A stretch of DNA of 64,000 bases, taken from the IMG/VR virus record IMGVR_UViG_3300031552_000001, positions 96,001-160,000 of that record. The stretch is one strand, 5' to 3'. This document shows, piece by piece, positions 27,771-38,400 of the stretch (position 1 is the first letter of the stretch; the number at the start of each line of letters is the position of its first letter). Made by a program: the position numbers and the translations under genes. Source of the stretch: a virus. A model generated the notes under the pieces. That model was given only the letters and a program-made list of their open reading frames with translations. It made no database searches and was not told where the DNA came from.

Positions 27771-28281
27771 TTTCCAACGTGAATCCGTTGAATTTCAATA
27801 AGGGATCGAATTTTTTATAGAATGCCGGTGTGTTAGTAGGAGAAGATACAGAAAGCACTCCTCCAGGAGAAGAATCGAAATACAACCCCACCTCTGAAAT
27901 CTTAATAGCCAACACTCCGTACGGCGCCTGCACCTCAGAGGAGGTAAATTCCGCTTTTACTTTTACAGAAGTAGACGAGGGGAAAACATTCAATGAAGGA
28001 CTGAGCTCTTTTAAATATACCCCAGAAGAAATTTGAAGAGGGGAAGCCAGGGCTACAACGTTTTTATCTTCTGGTTGAGAGCCGTTTCCAACACCTACGT
28101 ATCTAGCTCTACGCTGAGTATAAGGAACGTCTGGGTCCGAAATAGTATTCCAAGCCACCAAGCTGGTTAATAGGTCTGCTCCGTCTGTAGTCATAACATT
28201 ATGCCCAGAGCGAACGGAATCCGGAACCACTCTACCGGAGAGGTCTCTCATGAATATCTTAACGTTGTTTTTTACACTCAC
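27748..28281 (-). CDS. tail/baseplate structural protein (paralogue of 27141-27770)
   Basis: GHNVMT..G, DVPYTQRR, VGVGNG, ISEVGLY, LEIEWEL. Confidence 0.7.
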   Translation of the reverse strand: MSVKNNVKIFMRDLSGRVVPDSVRSGHNVMTTDGADLLTSLVAWNTISDPDVPYTQRRARYVGVGNGSQPEDKNVVALASPLQISSGVYLKELSPSLNVFPSSTSVKVKAEFTSSEVQAPYGVLAIKISEVGLYFDSSPGGVLSVSSPTNTPAFYKKFDPLLKFNGFTLEIEWELVF

Positions 28282-31200
28282 GGCTTTCTCCGAAACGCGA
28301 TGAAGTCGTAGTAATTGGCATCCGGAGTCACCATTGTTTCCAGGACAGTGATCGTTGAGGGGTCAGTAAATGTCAGCTCTCTATCATGGTTCGGTTCTGT
28401 GCCAGCAGCACCGATAAGCCTGAGCTTATCCCCTTTTTCAAAACCAAGCTTGTAGGTAGCAGCATCCGCGGGCCCTTCAAATAAATAAGGAATGTGGGCG
28501 TAAGAAGGATGAAGCTGAAGAGTGTTAGAGCTTGTGACTTGTAACTTGTTATTGATTATAGGCCTGGACACCATAACAAAGAACTCGGCATCTGAGGGAC
28601 TAGGGTTCTCTAGGCTTCCATAAAAATCTCTCCCGTATGGAGCTCTTAGGAAATCGATCTTTTGGCCTCCGGGTGAGGGCTCTGATGTCGTACTTACGCT
28701 ATCAATTTTGACTCTGCCGCTATTGATATACTCGGTAATGAGAAATTTTCCGTCATTGGACGGATCGTTCGAATCACTCACGTTTACGGTTAAGCCTACC
28801 ATACCAGGAGTAAACACGTCTCTCCACTCAGAGGAAAGCCCTATGCCGTAAGCTGTGCCGTATCCCGCCTCCATGATATAACCGGCAGGAGATGCGCTAT
28901 AGTAAAAACGCATCCGCTCCATCCTACGCTTATGGAGAAACGGCCTAACCACTCTGAATCTTTGCCCCGAAGCAGAAGTTAACGCAAGTTCAGAACCGTC
29001 TGTGTTTCTCAACAAGACTCGGTCTTCTTCAAGGTAAGGAGCAACGGGCTTTTCTAACCAATCTACCCCTGTCTCGAGAACTGCGCTAGGGTGCCATACC
29101 TTAACAACATACGTAGAGTTGTACGCTACGATTCTATAAATTCCCGCGTTTAATCCCCCAACAAACTCTAGCTCCCTACCAATAGAAGAGGGGGACATCC
29201 CCGACAGACCTCCTATAGTGGAAACACCGGAAACAGGGGTGTTAACTGCGGCAGTTGACCCCCCTCTCACTATAGAATCTATCAAATACTCCCCTTTGTT
29301 TACTCCGTCCTCTATACAAAGAAAATCCCCCACCCTAACATGGTTCCTCAAAAATCCAGCCAGGGAGGACTGCACGATATCGGTGCCGTCTGTTACTAAG
29401 TCCGTCTCCCAAAGTACAGTAGGGTTTTCTCTCCTTAAAATGCAGCAGGCAAGCCCAGACCCGTACTGAAACGCAGTCGCATCTAGCGCAGTTTTTGCGA
29501 GCTCGGCCGTTACGTACTGATCGGGGTCTACAGAACACGCAACCCACCCTAGCTTTAGAGTGTTGGCGTCTATCACCTCTTCTATTTCATACATCCCCGG
29601 AGTCGTAGAAGACGATCCCGCCTGTCCAGGCAAAATTGCTAAAATATCGCCCTCTTGGGGAGGTAATCGCCCTTCGTCAAAAGTAGGAAACCCACTAGTT
29701 GCATCGTGTTTTCTTGGACGTATGTAGTCCACATCCCACCCAGTTACGGAAGTAGCATGAACGTCTCCACTAACGTTTACAGTCTCCACGTCAGTTAAAA
29801 GCTGCGGCGTTCTAGTCCCAAAAGGATACGACCCTACGTTCCATAAAACACTACCTTGATGATTGAGATCGTTCGCCCTAGCCGTAGCTTCTAAACCCCA
29901 AGGGTTGTCATAGAATTTCAATGTACTGCCGATACCAAGAGCTTCAGTAACCACTACGTCGTCTGAAAGCTCCAGCAAAGCCGCGCTAATAATATTGACG
30001 TACGTCGGTTTTATAGCCCTGATGAACTCAAGAGCAAATTGAGCGTCGTTAGAGTCAAAAACGCTACTATCCACAACGACTTTGAATGTGAAAAACTTCA
30101 AAATCTCCAACCCATAAAGGGACCTGGACCACCATAGAGGGTCTTTCACATAATCCGATACAGTAACCCCCTTAGATATGGGAGCAAACCTCGATATAGC
30201 ATCCCCTGCTTTGTATAACTCTGTAGTGACTGGGTTGGTTTCCAACCCCACTAGGGTGGGGTATAGGTACACCCGTCTGAAACCTGTTCTCCCCCCATTC
30301 TCGTCTAGGTCTTCTACGAGAACTCTCCCTAACACTGTTCCGGCCGTATCGACCGAGAAGTTCTCTTGAACTTCTAAGATAATCCCGTCTTCTTCCGCGA
30401 AAGGCAATCCCAATAAAATTTGAAGGCCCAGCCTCATGTTAGCTACGGTAGGACCATTGGTGTACGCAAATACCAGCCCTTTAACAGCACTCAAGTACGG
30501 AGCGCGCGTTCTTTTCTGCGTAAGGTCGTCCCTGGACAAATCTACCAAACGCCCGAAGTTTCGCTCAATTACGGCCGAGTTATCATACAGAGCACACTCT
30601 GCCCAAAAACGATCTGGTGCAGGGGACTCTAAGCTGAATAGCCCTCCTACAAAAGTCAGGTAGCCAGCTTCTATGAAATAGTCGAGGTTTTCTCTTAGAA
30701 CTACAGGAGGATCTTCTATACTCTCCTGCAACACAGGAGCGCTTACCAATTCGGTGGGTACTTTTATTGCCGAGTTATGAATTACCTTCTTAGCCTTAAA
30801 CACTATCCCGAATTTAGAAAATGGACGAGTACTAAGATTGATTCCTGGAGGTATAAAGCTAATAAGAGCCCCTGCTGCCGCGTCTACGTCTTCATCAGAA
30901 GCGGAAGTGGGGACTAGCTTTAATTCTCTAACTACTCTCTGGAAAATAGTCCGGTCTACATCCCTTCCTGTCTTTCCTCTTTCAACCCATTGTATTGACG
31001 GATTGCCAGAGTCCGCTCCAGAAGCTAACAAATTACTTATGACAACAGAATCTTCGCTAACATACTGTCGTATTTTGTAAGTTCCTGGATTATCTCCGTT
31101 GAGAACCTCTATATGCCCGCCTACAGAAGTGGGCCTCATATTCTGTAGCCCGCTTATAGTGACTACACCCCCGGATTCTACTATGCTGGCGTCACTGCCT

Positions 31201-32543
31201 TCGTTTTCCGCAGAACCCAAATCTCCTAACGTAAACTCAAACCCTAACCTGTCGCCAGAGGCACCTACAATTTGAGCGTAAATCTCAGCAGACAGGCCTA
31301 GGTCAGAGCGCACTACATCAAACACTACTAAATCCCCAGCACGAACCCCTTCTTCCTCGAAATTTGAGCCGGGCACGTGAAGTAGATGAGGTATTCTCCA
31401 CGAGGCTCCTACTATACCTTCTGGTATCGCACTCTCATTAACAACGGCTAAGGAAAACCTACGGGCCAAAATAAAGCTGATAGACGAGCCGTTTTGGAAA
31501 AACGGTAAGGGCCCTCCGGGCGGATCGGAGGGATAAACCAAAGTGACTGTTGTGGCCCCTCCTATTGATTTAATCTTATAAGACCCTACATCCAACCCTG
31601 AGCGAATAGTTACGTAGTCTCCCTCTTGAGCATCTGCAAAAGGAGAGCTCGCAGAGCTGACTACGTTAGACCCTAGAGAGGTAACCAAATCTGAGCCGGA
31701 ATGCAGCTCATAGCTTTGATTGACCACCCTCTCCAAGACATATGAGGAGTCATTGACTACGATAATTCTGCCTTTGGGGCCGTAGTTTCCCAAAAGGTTC
31801 GTAAAGTCCGTACGATCTCCGTCCCCTACATCCCCTAACGGGGTATAAAAAATAGAGGTAGTACCTACTCCAGGGGTAACCCCTATATTTCCTGACGAAC
31901 CCCCCGTTCCGCTGTCTGTCTTACCTACGATTATTCTTTGGTCATAAAATTCGGTCAAGTTAGTGACCATGCTGAATTCTTGCCATCTTCTCTGAAAATT
32001 GGGTTGAATGGTACTCAAAGCCTTATTGTAATCGTTACTCCAAAGCTTGATTATCTCAGCGCCTATAAGTTGAATAGCGGAAGACCAGATGGCAGTAATC
32101 TTTTCTCTATCTTCCACCAGCTTCCAAAAATCGGAGATGTATTCCCATAAGAATTGAGCTTCGGGAATGATGTTCTCTCCACAGGGTACTCGGGATAATT
32201 GAATGTTTACGGTAGCTGTAATAGGGAGGCTATCCAACTCCCCGTCGTTAACCACAAGCTCCACTACATAGTAGCCGGTCTTATCTGGTATAAAGGACAC
32301 CGCTGAGGAATTCGGGCGTATGTCTTTAAGGCTAGAGTCGACTATCTCACTGCCAATAGGAACTTGGACAAATCTCCAATGAAAACTTATAGGCTGCCCT
32401 TCAGGATCGTAACTCTTCCTACCATCAAGCTGAATAATCGCGCCTATAACTGTGTCTATTTTTGCGTGGGCCAATAAGGCGACAGGTTTCTGATTATCAG
32501 AACCTGTAGTGGTAGTTGTAAATCTCCTGGATGGAGTGGCCAT
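28278..32543 (-). CDS. large baseplate wedge-like protein with N-terminal PKD/Ig-like domain
   Basis: LDGRKSYDPEG...PDKTGYYVVELVVNDG (PKD-like); YLSAVKGLVFAYTNGPT...LLGLP; repeated beta modules. Confidence 0.7.
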   Translation of the reverse strand: MATPSRRFTTTTTGSDNQKPVALLAHAKIDTVIGAIIQLDGRKSYDPEGQPISFHWRFVQVPIGSEIVDSSLKDIRPNSSAVSFIPDKTGYYVVELVVNDGELDSLPITATVNIQLSRVPCGENIIPEAQFLWEYISDFWKLVEDREKITAIWSSAIQLIGAEIIKLWSNDYNKALSTIQPNFQRRWQEFSMVTNLTEFYDQRIIVGKTDSGTGGSSGNIGVTPGVGTTSIFYTPLGDVGDGDRTDFTNLLGNYGPKGRIIVVNDSSYVLERVVNQSYELHSGSDLVTSLGSNVVSSASSPFADAQEGDYVTIRSGLDVGSYKIKSIGGATTVTLVYPSDPPGGPLPFFQNGSSISFILARRFSLAVVNESAIPEGIVGASWRIPHLLHVPGSNFEEEGVRAGDLVVFDVVRSDLGLSAEIYAQIVGASGDRLGFEFTLGDLGSAENEGSDASIVESGGVVTISGLQNMRPTSVGGHIEVLNGDNPGTYKIRQYVSEDSVVISNLLASGADSGNPSIQWVERGKTGRDVDRTIFQRVVRELKLVPTSASDEDVDAAAGALISFIPPGINLSTRPFSKFGIVFKAKKVIHNSAIKVPTELVSAPVLQESIEDPPVVLRENLDYFIEAGYLTFVGGLFSLESPAPDRFWAECALYDNSAVIERNFGRLVDLSRDDLTQKRTRAPYLSAVKGLVFAYTNGPTVANMRLGLQILLGLPFAEEDGIILEVQENFSVDTAGTVLGRVLVEDLDENGGRTGFRRVYLYPTLVGLETNPVTTELYKAGDAISRFAPISKGVTVSDYVKDPLWWSRSLYGLEILKFFTFKVVVDSSVFDSNDAQFALEFIRAIKPTYVNIISAALLELSDDVVVTEALGIGSTLKFYDNPWGLEATARANDLNHQGSVLWNVGSYPFGTRTPQLLTDVETVNVSGDVHATSVTGWDVDYIRPRKHDATSGFPTFDEGRLPPQEGDILAILPGQAGSSSTTPGMYEIEEVIDANTLKLGWVACSVDPDQYVTAELAKTALDATAFQYGSGLACCILRRENPTVLWETDLVTDGTDIVQSSLAGFLRNHVRVGDFLCIEDGVNKGEYLIDSIVRGGSTAAVNTPVSGVSTIGGLSGMSPSSIGRELEFVGGLNAGIYRIVAYNSTYVVKVWHPSAVLETGVDWLEKPVAPYLEEDRVLLRNTDGSELALTSASGQRFRVVRPFLHKRRMERMRFYYSASPAGYIMEAGYGTAYGIGLSSEWRDVFTPGMVGLTVNVSDSNDPSNDGKFLITEYINSGRVKIDSVSTTSEPSPGGQKIDFLRAPYGRDFYGSLENPSPSDAEFFVMVSRPIINNKLQVTSSNTLQLHPSYAHIPYLFEGPADAATYKLGFEKGDKLRLIGAAGTEPNHDRELTFTDPSTITVLETMVTPDANYYDFIAFRRKP

Positions 32544-35065
32544 TACACGTCCTCTACCTCAACCAAAACATCCGTACCGTGGTTGAATCGTGTCAGCAAT
32601 TCTTGCTCTGATAGTACAGGCGCCGAAGATACGTCGTATCCGTCAGATATGCAAAAGGACAGATTTTGTATATCGCTAATAGTAGCAATACCACTCTCCG
32701 CATGCCCAATCTCTACTCTGGGATTACCTCCCCCTAAGTGTGCGGGGTAGTCAAACAACCGCTCTTCAAAATCTATAACAGGCAACGGGCTTTCATCTAC
32801 GAATAGCCGAAGACTTCCCCCTACGTTTTTCTCTAGCCGGTAAAGATGGAACATTGTCCAATCTATTGCATAATACGAACCCTCTAACGCCCTACCAGAG
32901 CGAATGGCAAAAAGATTTTCCCAGGCGTTATCGAAGGTCGCAAGCATCACAATTTTTCCGATATCTGGGCCGGCATCTGCGAATATCAGAGCAGTACGAT
33001 TTACTCCATCTAGTACTTGGGCCATAAGTCCAGTACTGACTCTCACTGGATTTAGCCCAGATACTCCGTAATCCGAAAGCGTCTCATCGTGGGTATAAGA
33101 GAACACTCTGGCTCTGAATTCTAAGGTCCATCCGCTATTCGACTGTAGAGTAGTGGCATACTCTCTTTTCAAATACGTATTGTCGGAAGCGCTATCATCG
33201 GATATTCTAACGAAGCTAGGGTCAATAATCTCATTCCACCGAATGGCAGGGTTTCCTGAGTCTGCCCCAGAAGCAGCAGGGTTATCGATAATAACCGAAG
33301 TAGGGTCTATGAATGCGGTAATGAGGTAAATGCCGGGGTTATCACCATTAAAAATTTCCAGGTAGTTCCCTGGAGCATCTGTGCTTATCCCAGTCAAGCC
33401 GCTTACGGTAACAACCGTACCAGACTTTACTATGCTGGCTAAAGAGCCTGAGTTGACCTCTGAGGACAAAGTGGACGGGGCTACTTCGCCCGACCCCATT
33501 TTAGTCCACATGGGGGAAGACGAAATGAAATCCTTCCAGTCTACCGCCTCGATGTTCGTAGAATACCTAGCCTGGCGTACGGCCATTCTAGCGATAGCCC
33601 TCCCAGAATTTGCGTTATGTAAAAAACCCAAACCGGGGCCCGGCATTCCTGACACGGGCAAAGAGGCGTAGTTCACTTCGATTATCGAAAGTATTTCGAC
33701 CCCTTCTTCTGTTTCCGAAAGTACGAAAAGTTCAGCGCTTATTCCCGGTGTAAGCACCAACCTGTATGTTCTTTCTATAGAGAACCCCACTACCTCTGAT
33801 TCGTAGGACGAGATTAACGAAGGGTTTCCTGCGCCAATTAGAATTCCAACACCCTGCTCGCCAGAAGAGTCTTGAAGAAAGGCGAGCCTAGCTTGTCTAG
33901 TTCCGTCATCAATGTATACCTCAATTCCCGTAGTCTCCACTAAAACATCCTGGAACAGCACTTCACCAGAGATCTTGATATCGAATAGAGTTTTTTCTGT
34001 AACTTTCGGTTCTGCTCGATAATACCCTATGCTTTCGACTAAAGAGCTTCTTTCTAGAACAAGACCTCTAGTACTTATGCTGCTACCCCCGCCTATAGTG
34101 CCAAAAGAGGAGGGTAGTGATTGCCACGCGCTTAGGGAATTTTCAGGAGGGTCCGTGCCTTCATAGTACGTTTGATTATTTGTAATGATAGAAGTTATGT
34201 GCTCTCCCCTGACTATGCCGTTCAATATGGGGTTAGTAACTATATTGAATAGATATATATCCTTCCACTCACTAATGCTCACTTGCGTAGCGTAGTTTCC
34301 GTGACCAAAAAACAGCCAAGGTTGTTGGTCTCTCTGTTCCTGAGAAGGTAACGTGGAGAAATCCGACACCGCTCCGGTAATTAGTAACTGGTCCGTATCC
34401 GAAGAAGCATCTTTCACATACAGTTTTACCAAATCCTGTTCTGGACACCAAAGTAGCTTGTACGTATTTGAGCCGTCCGCATTTAATGCCACTGCCTCAT
34501 CCCAATCGAAACTAGAGACGTAAGAGCCGCTAGGGGGCGTAGTAGCTGTCAACGCGGCCGAATGGATTTCAATTCTTTGAGTCCCTGCATTCGTAAAAAA
34601 CTTAACTGTCAGCCCTGAGTTGTTAATGAGAATGCCGACAAGAACTCCGCAAAAATCCGTACCGTCTACGGTAACCTCAGTTCTGTTTAAGCGCAGAGTG
34701 AATTCTGCCATTAGAGAATCTAAAGGTTCAGCAGGGGCTTCTAACCCTCCCATGAAGTAAACAGCCTCTTGGTTTTGGCTAGGAGTGTTCTTGTCAATTC
34801 TTAGAAAATCGTCCGGCAAAATGGACCTATCTGCCGGAACTCCAGGAGACCCTGACAAGGCTTGAAAGCTTATAGTAGGAGGAGGATCTATTTCCTCGGG
34901 GAGTTCCCCTCCTCGATAAAATACCGGACCTGTGCCCAAAAAAAGCTGTAAAGTAGAGCGATCTATCCCCGTAACCGCGTCTCTCAAACTGAACCTAGTT
35001 GATGCCCCTATCGGAGCGATAGAGCCGTCTAATGGGGCCATATTGGTGATAATAGGAGTTGTCAA
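32543..35065 (-). CDS. virion structural protein (beta-rich, lectin/Ig-like domains)
   Basis: TTG start after GGGAG; beta-strand composition; coupled to 28278-32543. Confidence 0.65.
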   Translation of the reverse strand: MTTPIITNMAPLDGSIAPIGASTRFSLRDAVTGIDRSTLQLFLGTGPVFYRGGELPEEIDPPPTISFQALSGSPGVPADRSILPDDFLRIDKNTPSQNQEAVYFMGGLEAPAEPLDSLMAEFTLRLNRTEVTVDGTDFCGVLVGILINNSGLTVKFFTNAGTQRIEIHSAALTATTPPSGSYVSSFDWDEAVALNADGSNTYKLLWCPEQDLVKLYVKDASSDTDQLLITGAVSDFSTLPSQEQRDQQPWLFFGHGNYATQVSISEWKDIYLFNIVTNPILNGIVRGEHITSIITNNQTYYEGTDPPENSLSAWQSLPSSFGTIGGGSSISTRGLVLERSSLVESIGYYRAEPKVTEKTLFDIKISGEVLFQDVLVETTGIEVYIDDGTRQARLAFLQDSSGEQGVGILIGAGNPSLISSYESEVVGFSIERTYRLVLTPGISAELFVLSETEEGVEILSIIEVNYASLPVSGMPGPGLGFLHNANSGRAIARMAVRQARYSTNIEAVDWKDFISSSPMWTKMGSGEVAPSTLSSEVNSGSLASIVKSGTVVTVSGLTGISTDAPGNYLEIFNGDNPGIYLITAFIDPTSVIIDNPAASGADSGNPAIRWNEIIDPSFVRISDDSASDNTYLKREYATTLQSNSGWTLEFRARVFSYTHDETLSDYGVSGLNPVRVSTGLMAQVLDGVNRTALIFADAGPDIGKIVMLATFDNAWENLFAIRSGRALEGSYYAIDWTMFHLYRLEKNVGGSLRLFVDESPLPVIDFEERLFDYPAHLGGGNPRVEIGHAESGIATISDIQNLSFCISDGYDVSSAPVLSEQELLTRFNHGTDVLVEVEDV

Positions 35066-35088
35066 AGAAATGACTCCCGCGTTATAGT
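35059..35088 (+). promoter_or_regulatory. sigma70-like promoter TTGTCA-N18-TATAGT
   Basis: Each hexamer is one mismatch from TTGACA / TATAAT; ATG 35095 lies 6 nt downstream with no SD. Confidence 0.5.
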
Positions 35089-35094
35089 AGACGA

Positions 35095-35475
35095 ATGCTC
35101 CGCACTATGGACCCGAGTATTGTACGTAAACTCCTCGAAGAGCAACCCGATACTCTCTCTGAAGAGGTCAAAAAAGAAGAGGAGCTTTTCCAAAGGCTGT
35201 CTTGCCCCATGTGCAAGGAGCGAGGGGGATGTGAAAAAAGACTTACGCCGCCAAAAGTTGTAGTAGATGAAACGGGGGCTGTGACGCTCCTGTCTTCCCC
35301 GTTCTCCTCCGAATATGCTCTTCCCCAAGGATACGCTCATTGTGCTCATTGCGGCACCGATTTCGACCCTCATTCAGGCGTCATTTCAAGAACGGAGACT
35401 ACGGGAATCGCCCCAGTCGACTCCGACCCGGCTTCTAAGATTCTCGTTCCACCTTTAGGCTCTCACCAAGAGTAG
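35095..35475 (+). CDS. zinc-ribbon protein, probably leaderless, antisense within the virion operon
   Basis: CPMC...CAHC; fills the gap between two minus-strand genes. Confidence 0.7.
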   Translation: MLRTMDPSIVRKLLEEQPDTLSEEVKKEEELFQRLSCPMCKERGGCEKRLTPPKVVVDETGAVTLLSSPFSSEYALPQGYAHCAHCGTDFDPHSGVISRTETTGIAPVDSDPASKILVPPLGSHQE

Positions 35476-38400
35476 TAAAAAAGCACGAGATTCTTCCAGT
35501 GCCGTTATACGGCACATCCATGCTTCCTCCTAGACGATTCTCTGTTCGATTTACAACCAGCTTTCGATCCAAGTCATGAGTTAAGGTGGCTAAAATAATA
35601 GGGTGGTCTACAGAAGACGCCCCTCTTCTAGTAGCAAAAGCTTCAATATCCGACACCTCTAATTCATCTAACGCCCCTAAATTATTGATATACTCCTCTA
35701 TGACAGCCCCTATATCTGCAGCCGAAGAACCTCCACGGTACGTGATTTGAGTAAACACATATGAAGGTAAAAAATGCCTTCCTAGAGGATTTGCGTTTAT
35801 GGGCCTCTCCGAGTCGGAACGCATAAGGTCATGAACCAATTTGGCGGTAGTGGAAGTCTCATAGGTAACTTTTAAATTACGACCGCTAACCTCAGTCATA
35901 TTCTCCGGGCTGTCACTATTACCTACAGGTAAAAACCTTCTGTCAAACGTTAATGAGACTTGCTCAAACGGTGAAAAAGTAAGATTGTTGTTCTCCACTA
36001 CATAAGTGTACCCGTCCGCCGTCATACCAGATTGAACCACTAACCTGTCGTTCCTGTTCAGGTTAAACTCATCCCCAGAACCTGACGACTCCACAGGGAC
36101 ATCGACGTAGTAGAAAGAGCCGTCGGTGCTTTCACTCATCTCAGTTGCACCTACTCGAAAGACTCCAGGCCTCACTAGTCTAAACGGCACCAGTTCTCCT
36201 GGCGCAAGCTGACCGTCGTCACTTTCATACTTGCCGACGGTTAGCATCTTTACAGAGCCGTAAAGCCCACCCCAAATCCTATAAGGATAGTTGGTCCCTG
36301 TAACCAAAAACAGCTTGGACGGGTTGCCTACAATCTCCAAAGCGGTTTCTGACCCAACTGAAGCAATAGGGTATACTCCTGCATTTTGCCCAGTAAGAAT
36401 CTCCAGTCTATCCCCCGCAACTACTCCCGAGCTCACGAAGGTGGCCGAGGCGTCTACAAAATCCACGGTAGTGGTCACATTTCCTCTACCGCTCAAGCTT
36501 ATGTCTTGCCTCTTTGTGGCAACCTGAAGTACCTCAGCCTGAGTAGGGACGGATTTGTAAATTCGAAAGGCGTGACTTACGTTTACGCTGCCCGCCGTAT
36601 TTACCCAAGAGAACAGTCCTGTAGCGAAGGGTATAATATCACCAGAAACGTAATCCACTTGTGGGTAGGTACCGGGGTCCATATCAAGCTCAGCTTGACT
36701 CACTCCCGGAATGGAGATCACTTCAAACGTGCCGTCTATATCGCCTCGAGTAGACTCGAAGATAGTGACAAAATTACCTATTTGCGTTCCTGGGCTATCG
36801 GTTAAGTCCTCCATTGTTATTGTAGATACGCCTGGGGTAAGAGTAGCGTCTCTGGACGACCCCGGGGCTTCTTGCAGTGCTATACTCTCGGTCGAGGTAG
36901 TCATTACCGTATTCAAACGAAGAACCTTATCGCTGACCACCTCCTCTATGACGTACTCTCCTGCGTCAGGGCCCTCATCGATATACAAAGCTTGGCCGAC
37001 TAGCGGATACGCTGAATTCATAGCGGTAAAGTCGATAAGAGAATTTGACGGCACAGACACTCTGTTAGAGCCGGCAATGGTCCTTAGCCCCGCGGGCTTT
37101 CCGAAAATGCCCAGCTCTTGAAAAGTTTCTCCGCCTGAATTACGGAACGGTATTTGTTCATTGACTTCTAATACGTCTCCTACTTCAATCTCTAGACCGA
37201 ATACTTGTGTTACTGATGGATCGGTCAACTCTAAGATAGATTCGAACTCATTAGGTGTACTTGTCTCATAGTTCCTAACGACTCTTAGGTATCTAGACTT
37301 TTCATCACCAGAACCCTCAGCCGGTAGAAGTCTATACCCATCAACCTCTGAGAAAAAATACTCCTTGGGCGTCCCATCGTTATCGTAATTTAATCTGCCT
37401 CCGGGCAACCCCGTTACGATCTCTACAGAAGTGGGTTCATGAAAATAAATGCGGGCTATGCCAGCAGAAGCTACCCCTACCGTGTAATGAATCCCTGTTA
37501 TTAGCTGAGACCATTCCACCCCACCGTCTGCAGCAGCTACAACTTCTATGTAATTGTCGGAAGGAAGCCCGTCCCCCGTACCCACACGCGCAACGGTATA
37601 TTTACCCTCATTGTCCGTGTTGAATATGTTAAGCCTATACCCAGGTACTACGCCTTCCGCTACGAAATCTACCTCTGCGTCATAGAGCCGAATGTTGACC
37701 GTTCCAGTGCCTACTTGAGATTCTCCGGTAAAGCTCTCCTGCTGCACCCCCTCGGCCCTGTTGGAAAAGACCCCTAACGCTCTAACGTCTATCGCTTCCC
37801 CATAAGGAATCGTTATTCCTGTAGGTTGAGAGCTAGAGTCTAGCAGCTCCACCTCCTTAACTCGCACTAAGGGCCTCTCTATGCCAGTAAAAGATCGATA
37901 AACGAGAAAGTCTAGGGGAGACCCCGAAGAAGGGAGCACGGAGTCTAATAAAGCCGTAGTGCCTGTTACCGAAATTATAGAGTAAGTCCCCTTACTCTGC
38001 CCCTCAAGTATTTCCAACACGTCCCCTTCTTCCACTCCAGCAAGAAGGAAATTAGTAGTCCCCGACACTCCAACTTGAGCACTACCCGCGGTAGCGACCA
38101 AATCGTCGCCTAAAAACACGCTTCCAAGAGGTATCTTCGTTATCCGGGGATCAACGAGGCTCACATTGAGCTCGTCAGCTATTCTGTAGCGTATTCCACT
38201 GCCGTCTCCCGTACCTAACGGCGTTACTGTCTTGGTCAGATCCCTATCCAGAAGAATAGTATCCCCCGTATCTAACCAATCGAATATTTCTCGAATAGTG
38301 TATATTCCTGCATCGTCCCCGTTCTCTATTACAACGGAATCTCCCACTTCCGCTCCAATAACTTCCAAGTCTGAACCAGAAGGCACATCAGGGCTAGCAT

